This document shows, piece after piece, positions 48,794 through 59,164 of a DNA stretch of 64,000 bases. The position numbers and the translations under genes were made by a program. The notes beneath the pieces are model-generated. The model had not been told where the DNA came from. It worked only from the letters and a program-made list of their open reading frames with translations, and searched no databases. The DNA comes from Candidatus Poribacteria bacterium (GTDB taxonomy: Bacteria > Poribacteria > WGA-4E > WGA-3G). How positions within the stretch are numbered: the first letter of the stretch is position 1; each line of letters starts with the position of its first letter. The DNA is taken from contig OZ251518.1 of the NCBI GenBank assembly GCA_965242965.1, positions 4,192,001-4,256,000 on the forward strand, given 5' to 3'.

Positions 48794-50377
48794 TCACTTC
48801 ATAATGAGCATTTTGCCCGTGGCAGCGAAGTCTCCAGCGGTGAGGGTATAGAAATACACCCCACTTGCAACGCGTTCGCCTACCTCGTTTCTGCCATCCC
48901 AATATGCAGCACGACTCCGACTCTGATAGAAACCAGCCGCCTGATGCCCCAACGCCAACGTCCGAACCACCGTCCCATCGACGGTATAGATTGTCAGTGT
49001 CACCTCTGCTGGTTCGGCGAGGTGATACGGTATCCACGTCTCCGGATTAAACGGATTCGGATAATTGGCAAGCAGGACTGTCTCTTTCGGCTGTGCTTCG
49101 ACGCGCGTTAATGCCGCTAAGAGCCGCTCCAATGCAGCAATCCCGGCCGGATCTGCGTTCGCTGCCTTTGCATCGCGGAGCCACCGTTGCACATCTGCTG
49201 CTTGTAGGCTTCCGGTCTTGATGGCTGCCTGTGTTAATGCAGGCGCAGCTGCAGCATCCACCGCCTTTATCACGGCGAGGATGTCATCAACATCAACCTT
49301 CCCATCGTTATTGACATCCGCCCTCCGGTTTGCACCGCCACCGACAGTTTTCCCATAGTTTTTGGCCACCTCCACCAGATCGTTCACGTTGACTTTACCA
49401 TTCCCTGTCACATCCACCGTGAGTAACCGATACAAACGGATGGTTTTCTGACTATCAACTGCGAGAATCTGCCCATTCGGCGAAAACAAGGGAGCGGGCA
49501 CGTGGCTGTATCCCGTGAGCGTGGCTTTGCGGGCACCCGTGTTCGGATCCCAGAGGCGGATGGTGTGGTCATTACTCCCACTCGCCAGCGTCTGGCCGTT
49601 CGGATGGAACGCTAACGAAGAAACATAATGCGTATGCCCCCGCAGCACGCGCAGGGTGCCGTGCGTATCGGGATTCCATAGGCGGACGGTGTAGTCAGTA
49701 CTCCCGCTCGCGAGGATGCGGCCATCCGGACTCCACGCCACGCTGGTTACCCCAGCCGTATGCCCGCGCAGCACGGCGAAGTTGATACCGTTGTTCGGAT
49801 TCCACAACCGCACCGTGCCATCAACACTCGCACTCGCCAGCGTCCTACCATCCGGACTCCACGCCACGCTGATTACCCAATTCGTATGCCCCCGCAGCGT
49901 GCGCACATGATGTCGGTTGTTATTACCCACATTCCAGATGCGGATGGTGTTGTCATAACTCCCACTCGCCAGCAGATAACTGTTTGGCTTGAAGGCAAGG
50001 CTGGTGACTCTCCCTGTATGCCCCTCCACTTTGCCGCGCCAATCGCCATCCTCGCTATAGCGCATCCGAATGTCGTGATTCAGAGTCCCACCATAGGCGA
50101 TGAAGTGAGAGTCATGCGAGGGCAGCGCAATGGCGGCGACATTATTGCCGACATCCTGGCTCCAGCGTTGTCTGCCGGTGGTGACATCCCAGGCGCGGAG
50201 GGTGTCGTCTCTACTCCCACTGATAAGCGTCCCGTTATCCTTGAAGGCTATTTTCCAGACACCTTCCGTGTGTCCTGTCAAGGTATTGGTGTGGACGTAT
50301 TGTTGCGCGTTAGCGGTCGTCAGTGCCATCGCTGCTGTCAACACCAGCGTTAAGGTTAAAACCATTAATCTTTTCAT
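48794..50377 (-). CDS. Secreted WD40-repeat protein with dockerin-like motifs and FlgD-Ig/T9SS-like C-terminal domain
   Basis: GH..V.SVAWSPDG.LASGS.D.T.RLW repeats; DVTGNGKVNVND and DVNNDGKVDVDD; LLANYPNPFNPETWIPY...WDGRNE.GE.VASGVYFY. Confidence 0.9.
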   Translation of the reverse strand: MKRLMVLTLTLVLTAAMALTTANAQQYVHTNTLTGHTEGVWKIAFKDNGTLISGSRDDTLRAWDVTTGRQRWSQDVGNNVAAIALPSHDSHFIAYGGTLNHDIRMRYSEDGDWRGKVEGHTGRVTSLAFKPNSYLLASGSYDNTIRIWNVGNNNRHHVRTLRGHTNWVISVAWSPDGRTLASASVDGTVRLWNPNNGINFAVLRGHTAGVTSVAWSPDGRILASGSTDYTVRLWNPDTHGTLRVLRGHTHYVSSLAFHPNGQTLASGSNDHTIRLWDPNTGARKATLTGYSHVPAPLFSPNGQILAVDSQKTIRLYRLLTVDVTGNGKVNVNDLVEVAKNYGKTVGGGANRRADVNNDGKVDVDDILAVIKAVDAAAAPALTQAAIKTGSLQAADVQRWLRDAKAANADPAGIAALERLLAALTRVEAQPKETVLLANYPNPFNPETWIPYHLAEPAEVTLTIYTVDGTVVRTLALGHQAAGFYQSRSRAAYWDGRNEVGERVASGVYFYTLTAGDFAATGKMLIMK

Positions 50378-50761
50378 GATAGATTTCTCCTTGTTGTTAT
50401 CGGGACCGGGAGGTCCCTCCTACTGAAGAGAGTGGATATGAACATCCACCCTCATTCGGATTTCGATGCAAGGCGAGGGACCAGTTTCCCTCGCCTTACG
50501 GTAACTAATCGGTAGGCGCGGTTTGCAGCCGCGCTTTCCGAGGTGTGTGGACAGGCACGGTGCCCGTTCATCTTCGTCTGTCTGAATCGCGGATTTACGG
50601 GATTTCAGGATGAGGGTTTCTTGTTGAGGGATCCCCTCTTTCCCGGTAGGCGCAACCTCCCGGTCGCGATGCCCATCCAACCTGTTCGTGCATCCGAGTG
50701 TAATGGCGGATGGCGTTCCTACCCGCCCATCTGTCTCGTTCAGACAAGAAACACCGGCTAC

Positions 50762-51133
50762 CTATGCGTCAGCATCCTCATCGTCATAGGCTTTCCCGGC
50801 AGCACTGATCTCATCCTCATAATACGCTGCGAGCTGCTTGCGCACACGGTCGCACCGCTTGAGCCATCCCCTAAGATAGTGCTGATATTTCTCAGGATTT
50901 TTCCGCGCGAGCCGCCGATAGTGTTGCCGCTTTTCTGCATCGTAGCGGTCGATCAGTTCGTTATCAAAACCCACAACCTGCGTCTCAACCGTGTTTTCGG
51001 AGAAAAACCGTGCAACAGCAGCCCGCGTCTGGGGACTCCACACCCCGTCAACAGTCGCCCCGACGATCCGCTGGATTATCCGCGTGGCAGCGGTACCGGC
51101 GTTCGTTGCAAAGTCGCCGTGGATGTTTCGCTG
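50762..51133 (-). pseudogene. 5'-truncated GH108/PG-binding_3 lysozyme (phage endolysin-like) remnant
   Basis: DFATNAG.AA.RIIQRIVGATVDGVW..QT and R..HY..L..KNP....YLRGWLKR; in-frame stop upstream, catalytic N-terminus absent. Confidence 0.65.
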
Positions 51134-51297
51134 TTATTCTTCATTCGCGCCTCATCGTTTCAGAGGTGTGTCCGGTGCGTTTGCACCGTCGTGCGAGGCG
51201 TACGTCGCCTCGGTCCTTCAGGAGCGTTGTGTGTTCGCGTCTCCGGAAGGTGTCGGTACCGGTCGCCGCGTTGTTTTAGCGGCGCGTGTGCCGCATT

Positions 51298-51329
51298 CCG
51301 GTTGGCAGGCAGTTTTGCCTGCCAACGGT
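51298..51329. terminator. Strong hairpin downstream of the coiled-coil gene
   Basis: GTTGGCAGGCA-GTTT-TGCCTGCCAAC; no clear U-tract on the minus strand. Confidence 0.4.
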
Positions 51330-51409
51330 TCGATTAAAAGTAGGTTTGCGATGCGTAATACCAAATTTACCTGAGTAGTTCGGGATCAGGCGATCGCAAT
51401 CTACAAAAA

Positions 51410-53527
51410 TTATCCGCTGCTGGCATCCTCCTCTTCCGGCAGATCCTGAGAGGTCCGGTAATTGTGAGCTTCAATGCCCAGTTGCTGGAAGTTATTTGCC
51501 GTTTTGACAATCGCCATCGCTTTTCGGCGTTCGTCCTCTGAGACAAAGTCAACTAGTTCCTCCGCGCGTTGAATCATCTCAGCTACAAAAGGAGGCGGAG
51601 TCAACTGGGTTACAGTTCCTGTTTCCGGATCTAGTTCCTCCAGCAATGTCTCCTGGGCTGCGCTTTGTGCCTCTGGCGTTAGCGCAATGATAAGCATCGC
51701 ATCAGTCTCCGTGGAATCGGCCAAGAATTCGGATCCCTCTAAAGTCCTCACATCAGCACCGGCTGAATCAATCGATTCTTGAGTCTCACTTAACGCGGCG
51801 GTTATCTCATCGGCATCAAGTGCAACTTCACCTGCTGCACTAGCGGCACTAGCGATTTCGCCGAGGTCGCTTAGGAGATCAATAAGACCTGCCCCGGGTA
51901 TTAAAGCCAATGCCACCCCAATCCCTTTCCTGACCAGGCGCCGCCGTGCCTTGCGCTGGACTTCGTCGCGGAAGTTGCTATATTCCTGGACGGTTTCCTC
52001 GTAGTTCTCGCGTAGACCCTGGTAGTTCTGCTCAAGGCCTTGGTAATGTCCGACCAGCCGCTTGGAACGATTGGACTCACTCCGAAGTGCGGCACCGCAA
52101 ACTTGTAGTGATACCTCACAGAGATAGAGCCCCCAGAGAGCCGCTTGGTTACTCTGAGTTACCTCGTCTAAATTGGTTTCAAGGTTCGCACAGCGTTGGT
52201 ATTCCTGAGCCAGTTGGGTTTCTAGCGTTTCGCGATGCTGTCGGACTTGCCCAAGTTCGTTTTCCAAGGTCTCGCTGCGCTGGCGTTCCTGCGAAAGTTC
52301 GTTTTCCAAGGTTGCGCATTGCTCGCGCGCCTCCGCAAGATCGCTTTCCAAACTTTCACACCGCTGGCGTTCCTGCGAAAGTTGGCTTTCTAGCGTTAAG
52401 CACCATTCGCGTACTTGCGCAAGTTCGGTTTCCAAATTCCCGTACTGTTCAAGTGCTTGTGTGAGTTCGCTTTCCAATTCTGCGCATCGCTCACGTGCCT
52501 GTGCCAATTCGCTGGAGATACGCGCGTTGAGTTGATTGGCCTCCTCCAGGGCCTGGACATGACGTGCAATCTCCCCGTTAGCGTGATTCAAGTCACTTTC
52601 CAAGGTTGCGTTCGCTCGTTCAAGTTCCACGTGCCGCGCGTGTGCCTGTGACAAGTTGCTTTCCAGGGTCGCGTTCGTCTGCTCCAATGTTGCGATTTGG
52701 GTATTCGCGTGTTCCAAACCGCTTTCCAAAGTTGCGTTATTCCGTTGGAGTTCGACATTCCGCGCGTTTGACTGCGACAAATCGGTGTCTAAGGTTGCGT
52801 TTCTCTGTTCCAGGTCTGCACAACGCGTGTTCGCGCGATTCAAGTCGCTTGTAAGATTCACGTTGGTTTGCTCAAGTTCAACGTTGCGCGTGCTTGTCTG
52901 CGCCAAATCACTTTCCAGGTTCGCGTTCGCCTGTTCCAGCCCCGCAATTTGGGTATTCGCGTGTGCCAAACCGCTGTCTAAGGTGGCGTTAGTTTGTTCG
53001 AGTTCAACATGCCGCGCGTGTGCCTGCGTCAAGCTGCTTTCCAAGTTCGCGTTCGTCTGTTCAAACTCTGCACAACGCGTGTTCGCGTGATTCAAGTCGC
53101 TTGTAAGATTCGCGTTGGTTTGTTCAAGTTCAACATGCCGCGCGTGTGCTTGCGTCAAGTTGCTTTCCAGGGTCGCGTTCGTCTGTCCCAGTTCGGCGAT
53201 TTGGGTATTCGCGTCTGCCAAACCGCTGTCTAAGGTTGCGTTATTCCGTTCAAGTGCCACGTTCCGCGTGTTTGCCGCCGACAAATCGCCGTCTAAAGTG
53301 GTGTTCCTCTGTTCCAGATCCGCGTTCTGTGTATTCACCAGCGACAAGTTGCTCGTTAAACTCGCGTTCGTCTGCCTGAGTTCCTCCAATTCTCCAGAGA
53401 GACGTTCATTGCGGGTAGCGGCATGAGAGAGGTTATTGGTGAGGTCATTCTTCTTTGAGAATAACCATGCTCCCACTCCCACACAAATAATGAGTCCTAT
53501 GAGAAGCACGATAGTTACGGGATCCAT
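51410..53527 (-). CDS. Membrane-anchored long coiled-coil protein with 21-aa and 14-aa tandem repeats
   Basis: N-terminal TM (IVLLIGLIICVGVGAWLF); repeats such as ELEQTNANLTSDLNHANTRCA, then LESQLSQERQRCES; hydrophobic GIGVALALIPGAGLI. Confidence 0.8.
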   Translation of the reverse strand: MDPVTIVLLIGLIICVGVGAWLFSKKNDLTNNLSHAATRNERLSGELEELRQTNASLTSNLSLVNTQNADLEQRNTTLDGDLSAANTRNVALERNNATLDSGLADANTQIAELGQTNATLESNLTQAHARHVELEQTNANLTSDLNHANTRCAEFEQTNANLESSLTQAHARHVELEQTNATLDSGLAHANTQIAGLEQANANLESDLAQTSTRNVELEQTNVNLTSDLNRANTRCADLEQRNATLDTDLSQSNARNVELQRNNATLESGLEHANTQIATLEQTNATLESNLSQAHARHVELERANATLESDLNHANGEIARHVQALEEANQLNARISSELAQARERCAELESELTQALEQYGNLETELAQVREWCLTLESQLSQERQRCESLESDLAEAREQCATLENELSQERQRSETLENELGQVRQHRETLETQLAQEYQRCANLETNLDEVTQSNQAALWGLYLCEVSLQVCGAALRSESNRSKRLVGHYQGLEQNYQGLRENYEETVQEYSNFRDEVQRKARRRLVRKGIGVALALIPGAGLIDLLSDLGEIASAASAAGEVALDADEITAALSETQESIDSAGADVRTLEGSEFLADSTETDAMLIIALTPEAQSAAQETLLEELDPETGTVTQLTPPPFVAEMIQRAEELVDFVSEDERRKAMAIVKTANNFQQLGIEAHNYRTSQDLPEEEDASSG

Positions 53528-53819
53528 TTTCAGCCTCCTCACTTCTGCGTGGCCGGGATTGTTTTGCGTGCCCAACTGTCAGAAGTGTGAAACGGTACCG
53601 GATTAAAAACACCTGCCAACGTCCAGTCACTTTCGCGTTCGTCATCGATGCTTCTCCGTTTACCAACCCTATCAGCGTTTTTTGCTGCAGACGCGCGGCG
53701 GACGCGCGCGACCGCGCCTCGCCGAGGCAAAAAACGCGCAGAAGTATCCAACGAAAACAAGGGATAACAAACAGAGGAGGTGAAAACGGAAGCGAGTGCA
53801 ACCAGAAATCTGGCAGGGA

Positions 53820-54188
53820 AAACATGCACCGGGGAAGGAATCCCGATGCAACGAAAATAACCCGCCACGCAAAGAATGCGTGCGGGATTGAAGACAGCAT
53901 GACGACGAAAGTCGCCGCTGTTAAGTGAATAAACTTTGCTTAACGCCTGTGGGTGTCGGGGGGGGTCGAGCCTCCCCTCTGGGCATTAAGCCGAACGGGA
54001 ACTCGTGACGGCGCGACAAACGGGCCAGACGCGCACCGGATGTGCGGCATCTCGCGGGGCCCGGGCAGGTCTACGGCGACCTTTTTCGCAATGGAAGAAT
54101 CAATTCGCTGGTTCACGGTATCGTTCCTTGTTCAGCAAGTTTGCGGATTTCAGTCTCATGGTGGCGCGTTTTTTCGCGTGCATCACCA
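53820..54188 (-). ncRNA. Candidate structured leader RNA, copy 2
   Basis: Homologous to 2845..3137 with covarying stems and an ~80-nt insertion. Confidence 0.55.
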
Positions 54189-54199
54189 CGTTGGCATTA

Positions 54200-54228
54200 A
54201 TGATACACAAAAACGTGGGAAATGTCAA
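54200..54228 (-). promoter_or_regulatory. Sigma70-like promoter
   Basis: Minus strand TTGACA-17 nt-TATCAT with TG before the -10 box. Confidence 0.7.
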
Positions 54229-54429
54229 ACATTTTTCGCGAAAAATCGTGGAAATGTTCACAATTCACCACATTCTAGATGAATTTCGGTTTTTTGTCAA
54301 CGTTTTTCTACGAAAAATCGTGAAATCGGTCGAATTCGCGCGAAAAATCGCCAAAAATGTTTAAAACTGATTTTATTTTTGCAAATGTCGCGTTTTTTGT
54401 CAAGGTTATTTCGCGAAAAAACGCTGCTG

Positions 54430-54605
54430 CTACCGTAGCGCGGGGGCCTGTCCCCCGCGATCTCTCCGCCGAAACGAGAAACGTCCGCAGCCCAGAGGCC
54501 ACGGACGTTTGCTGTTAAGACCGGCGCGTGGCGAGGGACAGGCCCTCGCCCTACGGTGGCAGGAGAATTTTGGCATGGCGAGGGACAGGCCCTCGCCCTA
54601 CGGTG
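54430..54605. repeat. REP cluster
   Basis: GTAGCGCGGGGGCCTGTCCCCCGCG and two GGCGAGGGACAGGCCCTCGCCCTAC. Confidence 0.75.
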
Positions 54606-54656
54606 GAACAGGCGCAAACTCCTTCCGCGCCTTCCGGATAGCGGTGAAAACGCAAA

Positions 54657-56672
54657 TTATTCTTCCGCTTCCTTCTCCACGTCTTCACCTTCGGGTGGCA
54701 TCATGCCGTTTTCCTCATCGGCCGCTTTAATCGTAATCTCTGTCTCTTTAAAGCCGAACACGACAAAGCCGTCAATGACGAGTTCGGAGTCTACACTCGG
54801 TGGCGGCTCAAACTCGCCTGGAAAGGGGAATGCACCCGGCGGCGGGAAATCTTCCAGTCCCGGCAGTTCTTCCGGCGGTGGTGGCAACTCTTCCGGCGGT
54901 TCACCATTTTCCGGTAGTTCACCCATTTCAGGGAAATCTTCTGGCCCCGGAAAATCGCCGCCGAAGCCTGTTGATGTCAGGGTTACCGTAATCAATCCCG
55001 GGTCTACCTGATCTTCCCGTTTTTGTTGGATCAGTTCGTCCAGAGTCTTGGGAACCGGTCTCTCCTCGTCTTCGTCGTCAAATCCAAAGTCCACAATTAA
55101 TCCGGGCGGCGGCGGACCAAATTCACCAAAGAAATCTGAGCCGCCTGAGACGACGAGACTTGCTTCGCCTCCCGGAAAATCTTCAGGGATTTCAAGGAGA
55201 ATTTCTCTCTCAATCGTGCGTCCGTTTTTGGCGGTGCTCCAATGCGGGACGAGCGTAATTGTGACAGGGAGCGTTTCTCCCGGCATCACTTCTGTCGGCG
55301 TGTTCACTTCGTCAATCTCTGCAGAAGCAATTTGCGGTTTATCCGTGATAGCGATTGATACCGCTTTCAACGTGGCTTTGCCCGCGCTGTTTTGGAGCCG
55401 CTGGGTGAAGGATTGAACGATGAAATCCGTAGTAATTAGCACATCAAAAAACGGATTCGGCGATGTGCTGCGGAACGGTTCTGAATAAACTTCTTCCGTC
55501 TCTTTAAAGTGAAGTGTCACGGAGCCTTCCACTGTTCCCGGACTAGTCTCCATCCGAAGTGCGTCCATGGTAACCGCGGCAACGACTGGGATAAACGACT
55601 CATAGCCGTAAGCAACGACGTGGTGTTTCTCCATCACCGTGTTGTTAGCAGGATGATAGGAGACGGTTACCGGAATCATTGCCGGGGCTGAACCGAGTTC
55701 CCCCACAATACACGGCAAGAGATCTTTGGTTACCGTGCCGATAGGGTTGCCAATCGCGTATGACGATTTATACGGCAGGTGTAAATTGGGGACGATTCCA
55801 TCAACGGCTGCCTTGTAGACAGGCAATGCGGCTTGCCCTCTGTTGGACATGGGGTGGCCAAATGCGACAAATTTGTCGTCGTAAACTTGCGCCACGGTCC
55901 CGAACGCGATCGAATTAACGACATCGCCGGTAGATACAGCGACACCAATCATATCCCCTGCGGCGAGTTTGGGAGAATTCCCTGCCGCGGGTGCCGCTGG
56001 CGCGCCGCCAATATGCGCATACAATTCAACAAAATTGAATTGCGAGGCAGAGAGATGGGACGCGAGCTCTTGGATTCGGTGCGGTTGAATGCCTGTAATC
56101 ATCATCGGCGTTTTCACCGGCGCATAGGTAGCATGAATACCCGGCGCGGCAGGGTTGTCCGGTTGTTCCAAGAACTCACCGAACGTCGGATGTGCAATGG
56201 CTGCTTTCATCGCGTCAATAGGCGTTACCCAGAACCGATACGGTGGTTTATCAAAAATACCGCCATAACCCAGCGCGCCCATGACGCGGCCTGGCGGGCC
56301 AACAGGACTCCCAGACATTCCTTGTGCAATGCCGCCTAAAGCCTCCGCCGAAGCATCGATGTATTCACATTCGTAGACAGGGAAGCCGAAACTAGAAACT
56401 CGAACCCCGCGGAACCGGACTTGAAGTTTCACTTTACTCGTGCCTTCCAGCACGGTAATCATTTCTAGCGGCGTTTTCACGGAGAGGGCTCTCACTTCAG
56501 CCTCGGACATATCCTCTAGTTGCACATCGCCGACAAACGGCGCGGCGTTAAACGCATCCGTGACATCGGCGGCCGTCGGATTTTCTGGCTGCGCTAACTC
56601 CTCATCTTGCGAACAGCTCAATTGAAATAGCATTGCGAGAGCAATGCCTGCCAACACAAAAAGACGTTTCAC
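54657..56672 (-). CDS. Lipoprotein with SpoIVB/peptidase S55-like domain and acidic Pro-rich tail
   Basis: QLSC lipobox-like motif, GGIAQGMSGSPV, GTV, AFGHPM. Confidence 0.75.
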   Translation of the reverse strand: MKRLFVLAGIALAMLFQLSCSQDEELAQPENPTAADVTDAFNAAPFVGDVQLEDMSEAEVRALSVKTPLEMITVLEGTSKVKLQVRFRGVRVSSFGFPVYECEYIDASAEALGGIAQGMSGSPVGPPGRVMGALGYGGIFDKPPYRFWVTPIDAMKAAIAHPTFGEFLEQPDNPAAPGIHATYAPVKTPMMITGIQPHRIQELASHLSASQFNFVELYAHIGGAPAAPAAGNSPKLAAGDMIGVAVSTGDVVNSIAFGTVAQVYDDKFVAFGHPMSNRGQAALPVYKAAVDGIVPNLHLPYKSSYAIGNPIGTVTKDLLPCIVGELGSAPAMIPVTVSYHPANNTVMEKHHVVAYGYESFIPVVAAVTMDALRMETSPGTVEGSVTLHFKETEEVYSEPFRSTSPNPFFDVLITTDFIVQSFTQRLQNSAGKATLKAVSIAITDKPQIASAEIDEVNTPTEVMPGETLPVTITLVPHWSTAKNGRTIEREILLEIPEDFPGGEASLVVSGGSDFFGEFGPPPPGLIVDFGFDDEDEERPVPKTLDELIQQKREDQVDPGLITVTLTSTGFGGDFPGPEDFPEMGELPENGEPPEELPPPPEELPGLEDFPPPGAFPFPGEFEPPPSVDSELVIDGFVVFGFKETEITIKAADEENGMMPPEGEDVEKEAEE

Positions 56673-57151
56673 TTTTATTCCTCCGAAAACAGAGTTTCGC
56701 GCTCTGTTTTGAGTTGTTGTCGGGCAAACTCACCGGGTTAGGGGCTTTCGCTCAACAAAGATTGAATTCGTATCATATCATAGTGGTTAGTAAACTTTAT
56801 TTGAGTTCTTCTTCAGAATCATTTTCGTTCATTCCGTGTTTTTGTGAGTGTTTTTCGCAAAGAAACAAGAAACGCCTATTAAATCCTACAGACCTTAGTC
56901 ATCTTCGCGCCACGGCGCGCTGACATTAAGGGCTTACAGCCCTAAAGAGGTGTTTTATCAACATGCATCGAGACCAGGAGGTCTCTCCTACCTAAAAGAG
57001 ACGTTTCGGCGCGATACCCTCCTAATCCTGAAAATCGTGATAATCTTGTAAATCCTGCTCATCTTTTGGCACGGCGAAGGACAGGTTTTCCCAACGCACT
57101 ACGGGGAAAATGGAAAAGGGCGGATGGTTAATGACATCCGCCCTGACACAT

Positions 57152-59026
57152 TTATTCGCCATCCGCTGCCGGTAATATCATGATAGACGCGCTTTGCGTG
57201 CCAGCCACGATAAAGCCATCAATCACGAGTTCAGCCCCGACATCCGGCCGTTCCTCAATATCGGCGGCCGGCGGCGGTGATAGCACTTCTGGTGGCGGAG
57301 CACCTTCAAGCTGCCCCAACGGCGGGCCCTCGCCAAAACCTGTCGGCACCAGCGTCACCGTGATTAACCCCGGGTCGACTTGCTCCGCCAGTTTCTGCTC
57401 AATGAGCTCGTCCAAATTCTTTGGATTTGGAATCCCCGGGACAAAGCCGGGAATCGCGCCCTGAGGCGGCGGGCCTTGTGCTGCATCTTGAGGCGGAATA
57501 CTACCGAACGCGGCAGCAGCAACTGTGACGGTTGCTTCGCCAGGAGGAAACGCCTCGGGAACTTCAAACTGCACCTCCCGCTGTATCATCCGGCCATCCT
57601 CAGGCGCAACACTCCAATGCGGCAGCAGGACTACCGTGGCGTTGACACTCTCACCGGCAGTGATTTCGTCGGGAACAATAATCTCGTCGATCAAGGCGCG
57701 GACAATCCGTGGGCTGTCCGTAACAGTAATCGACACGGATTTCAGTGTCGCCTTGCCAACGTTATTGGTGAGCAGATCCGTGAAGGACGCGACGATGGCG
57801 TTCACCGTGTTTACCACATCCATAAATGGAGTGGCAGACGCAATCCGAAACGACTCGGTATAGACGCTGTCAGTCTCTTTAAAGGCAAGCGTTACAGTGC
57901 CTTCCGTTGAGCCGGAGCTGCGTTCCATCCGGAGCGAGTCAACGGTAGTCGCCACAGTAATTGCAATGAGTTGTTCGTAGCCGTAGGAGACAGCGTGATG
58001 TCTCTCTACCGCATTGTTGTTGACAGGCTGATAGACAATCGTTACGGGAATGGTTTCCGGCACGGGACCCAGTTCGCCGACAATCGCCGGCGTGAGGTCC
58101 TTCGTAATTGTGCCGATGGGGTTGCCGATGGCGTATGACGATTTCGACGATGACTGCAGGCTCGTCTCGATGCCCCGAACACCTGCCTTGTAAACAGGGA
58201 GTGCCGCGGACCCCGTGGAAGACATCGGGTGCCCGAACGCGACGAATTTATCGTCGTAAACCTGCGTGACGGTGCCGAAGCCCATGGTGTTTGCGACATC
58301 GCCCGTGACGAGTGCAACGCCGATCATATCGCCTGCGGAAAGGTTCGGTGAGAAACCAGCAGGGGGTGCGGCGGGCGCGCCATCAAAGGTTGCATGGAAT
58401 TCAACAAAATCGAATTCGCTGCCTTCCAGATACGCCGAGATTTCTCGGAGGCGGTGCGGTTGAATGCCGCTGATCATCACCGGTGTTTTAACCGGTGCGT
58501 AGAGGCTGTGCATCGGTGCGGCGGGGGCTTCTTCCAAGAATTCCCCGAGTGTCCGATGTTCAATCGATGCCTTCATCGCGTCAATAGGCGTTACTAAGAA
58601 CGGATAGGGTGCTTTAGAGAAGCCCTGGCCATAAGCAACCGCGCCCATGACTCGCCCTGGCGGCCCGACAGGACTGCCAGACATTCCAGCGGAGATACCG
58701 GCTAAGGCATCCGCCGAAGCATCAATGAATTCACACTCGTAGACGGGGAAGCCGAACCCGATATCTCGCAATCCGCGGAACCGCACCTGAAGTTTGACTT
58801 TGGCGGTGCCTTCCACCACGGTAATCATCTCCAAGGGGGCTTTAAACGAGAGGGCTCTCACTTCATCCTCGAACATATCTTCTAAGTGAACGTCGCCGGC
58901 GAATGGTGGCGCGCCTATCGTCGATGAGTCGGCGGCAGTCGGCGGTGTAGGTTGTTCATCCGTGGCGCAGCCGAATTGAAACAGCACCGCGAGGACAACA
59001 CTTGCAACAACAAAAAAGCGTTTCAT
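57152..59026 (-). CDS. Paralogous SpoIVB/S55-like lipoprotein
   Basis: QFGC lipobox-like motif, GISAGMSGSPV, AFGHPM; colinear similarity to 54657..56672. Confidence 0.75.
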   Translation of the reverse strand: MKRFFVVASVVLAVLFQFGCATDEQPTPPTAADSSTIGAPPFAGDVHLEDMFEDEVRALSFKAPLEMITVVEGTAKVKLQVRFRGLRDIGFGFPVYECEFIDASADALAGISAGMSGSPVGPPGRVMGAVAYGQGFSKAPYPFLVTPIDAMKASIEHRTLGEFLEEAPAAPMHSLYAPVKTPVMISGIQPHRLREISAYLEGSEFDFVEFHATFDGAPAAPPAGFSPNLSAGDMIGVALVTGDVANTMGFGTVTQVYDDKFVAFGHPMSSTGSAALPVYKAGVRGIETSLQSSSKSSYAIGNPIGTITKDLTPAIVGELGPVPETIPVTIVYQPVNNNAVERHHAVSYGYEQLIAITVATTVDSLRMERSSGSTEGTVTLAFKETDSVYTESFRIASATPFMDVVNTVNAIVASFTDLLTNNVGKATLKSVSITVTDSPRIVRALIDEIIVPDEITAGESVNATVVLLPHWSVAPEDGRMIQREVQFEVPEAFPPGEATVTVAAAAFGSIPPQDAAQGPPPQGAIPGFVPGIPNPKNLDELIEQKLAEQVDPGLITVTLVPTGFGEGPPLGQLEGAPPPEVLSPPPAADIEERPDVGAELVIDGFIVAGTQSASIMILPAADGE

Positions 59027-59164
59027 TTTTTCTCCTAAATTTATAGATGTTTCTGTTTTTCTTTTGATGTGTCAAATTGACTTGACCAAAAGTGTGTATA
59101 TAGTATACCCACTTTTTTCACGATTGTCAAGAAAAAGACTTTTGGTTAGAGCAATAACGCCGCC

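Noticed and set aside
50543-51337. 264-aa + strand ORF
   Set aside because: Antisense to the lysozyme remnant and hairpin cluster; begins in repeat sequence; no recognisable motifs
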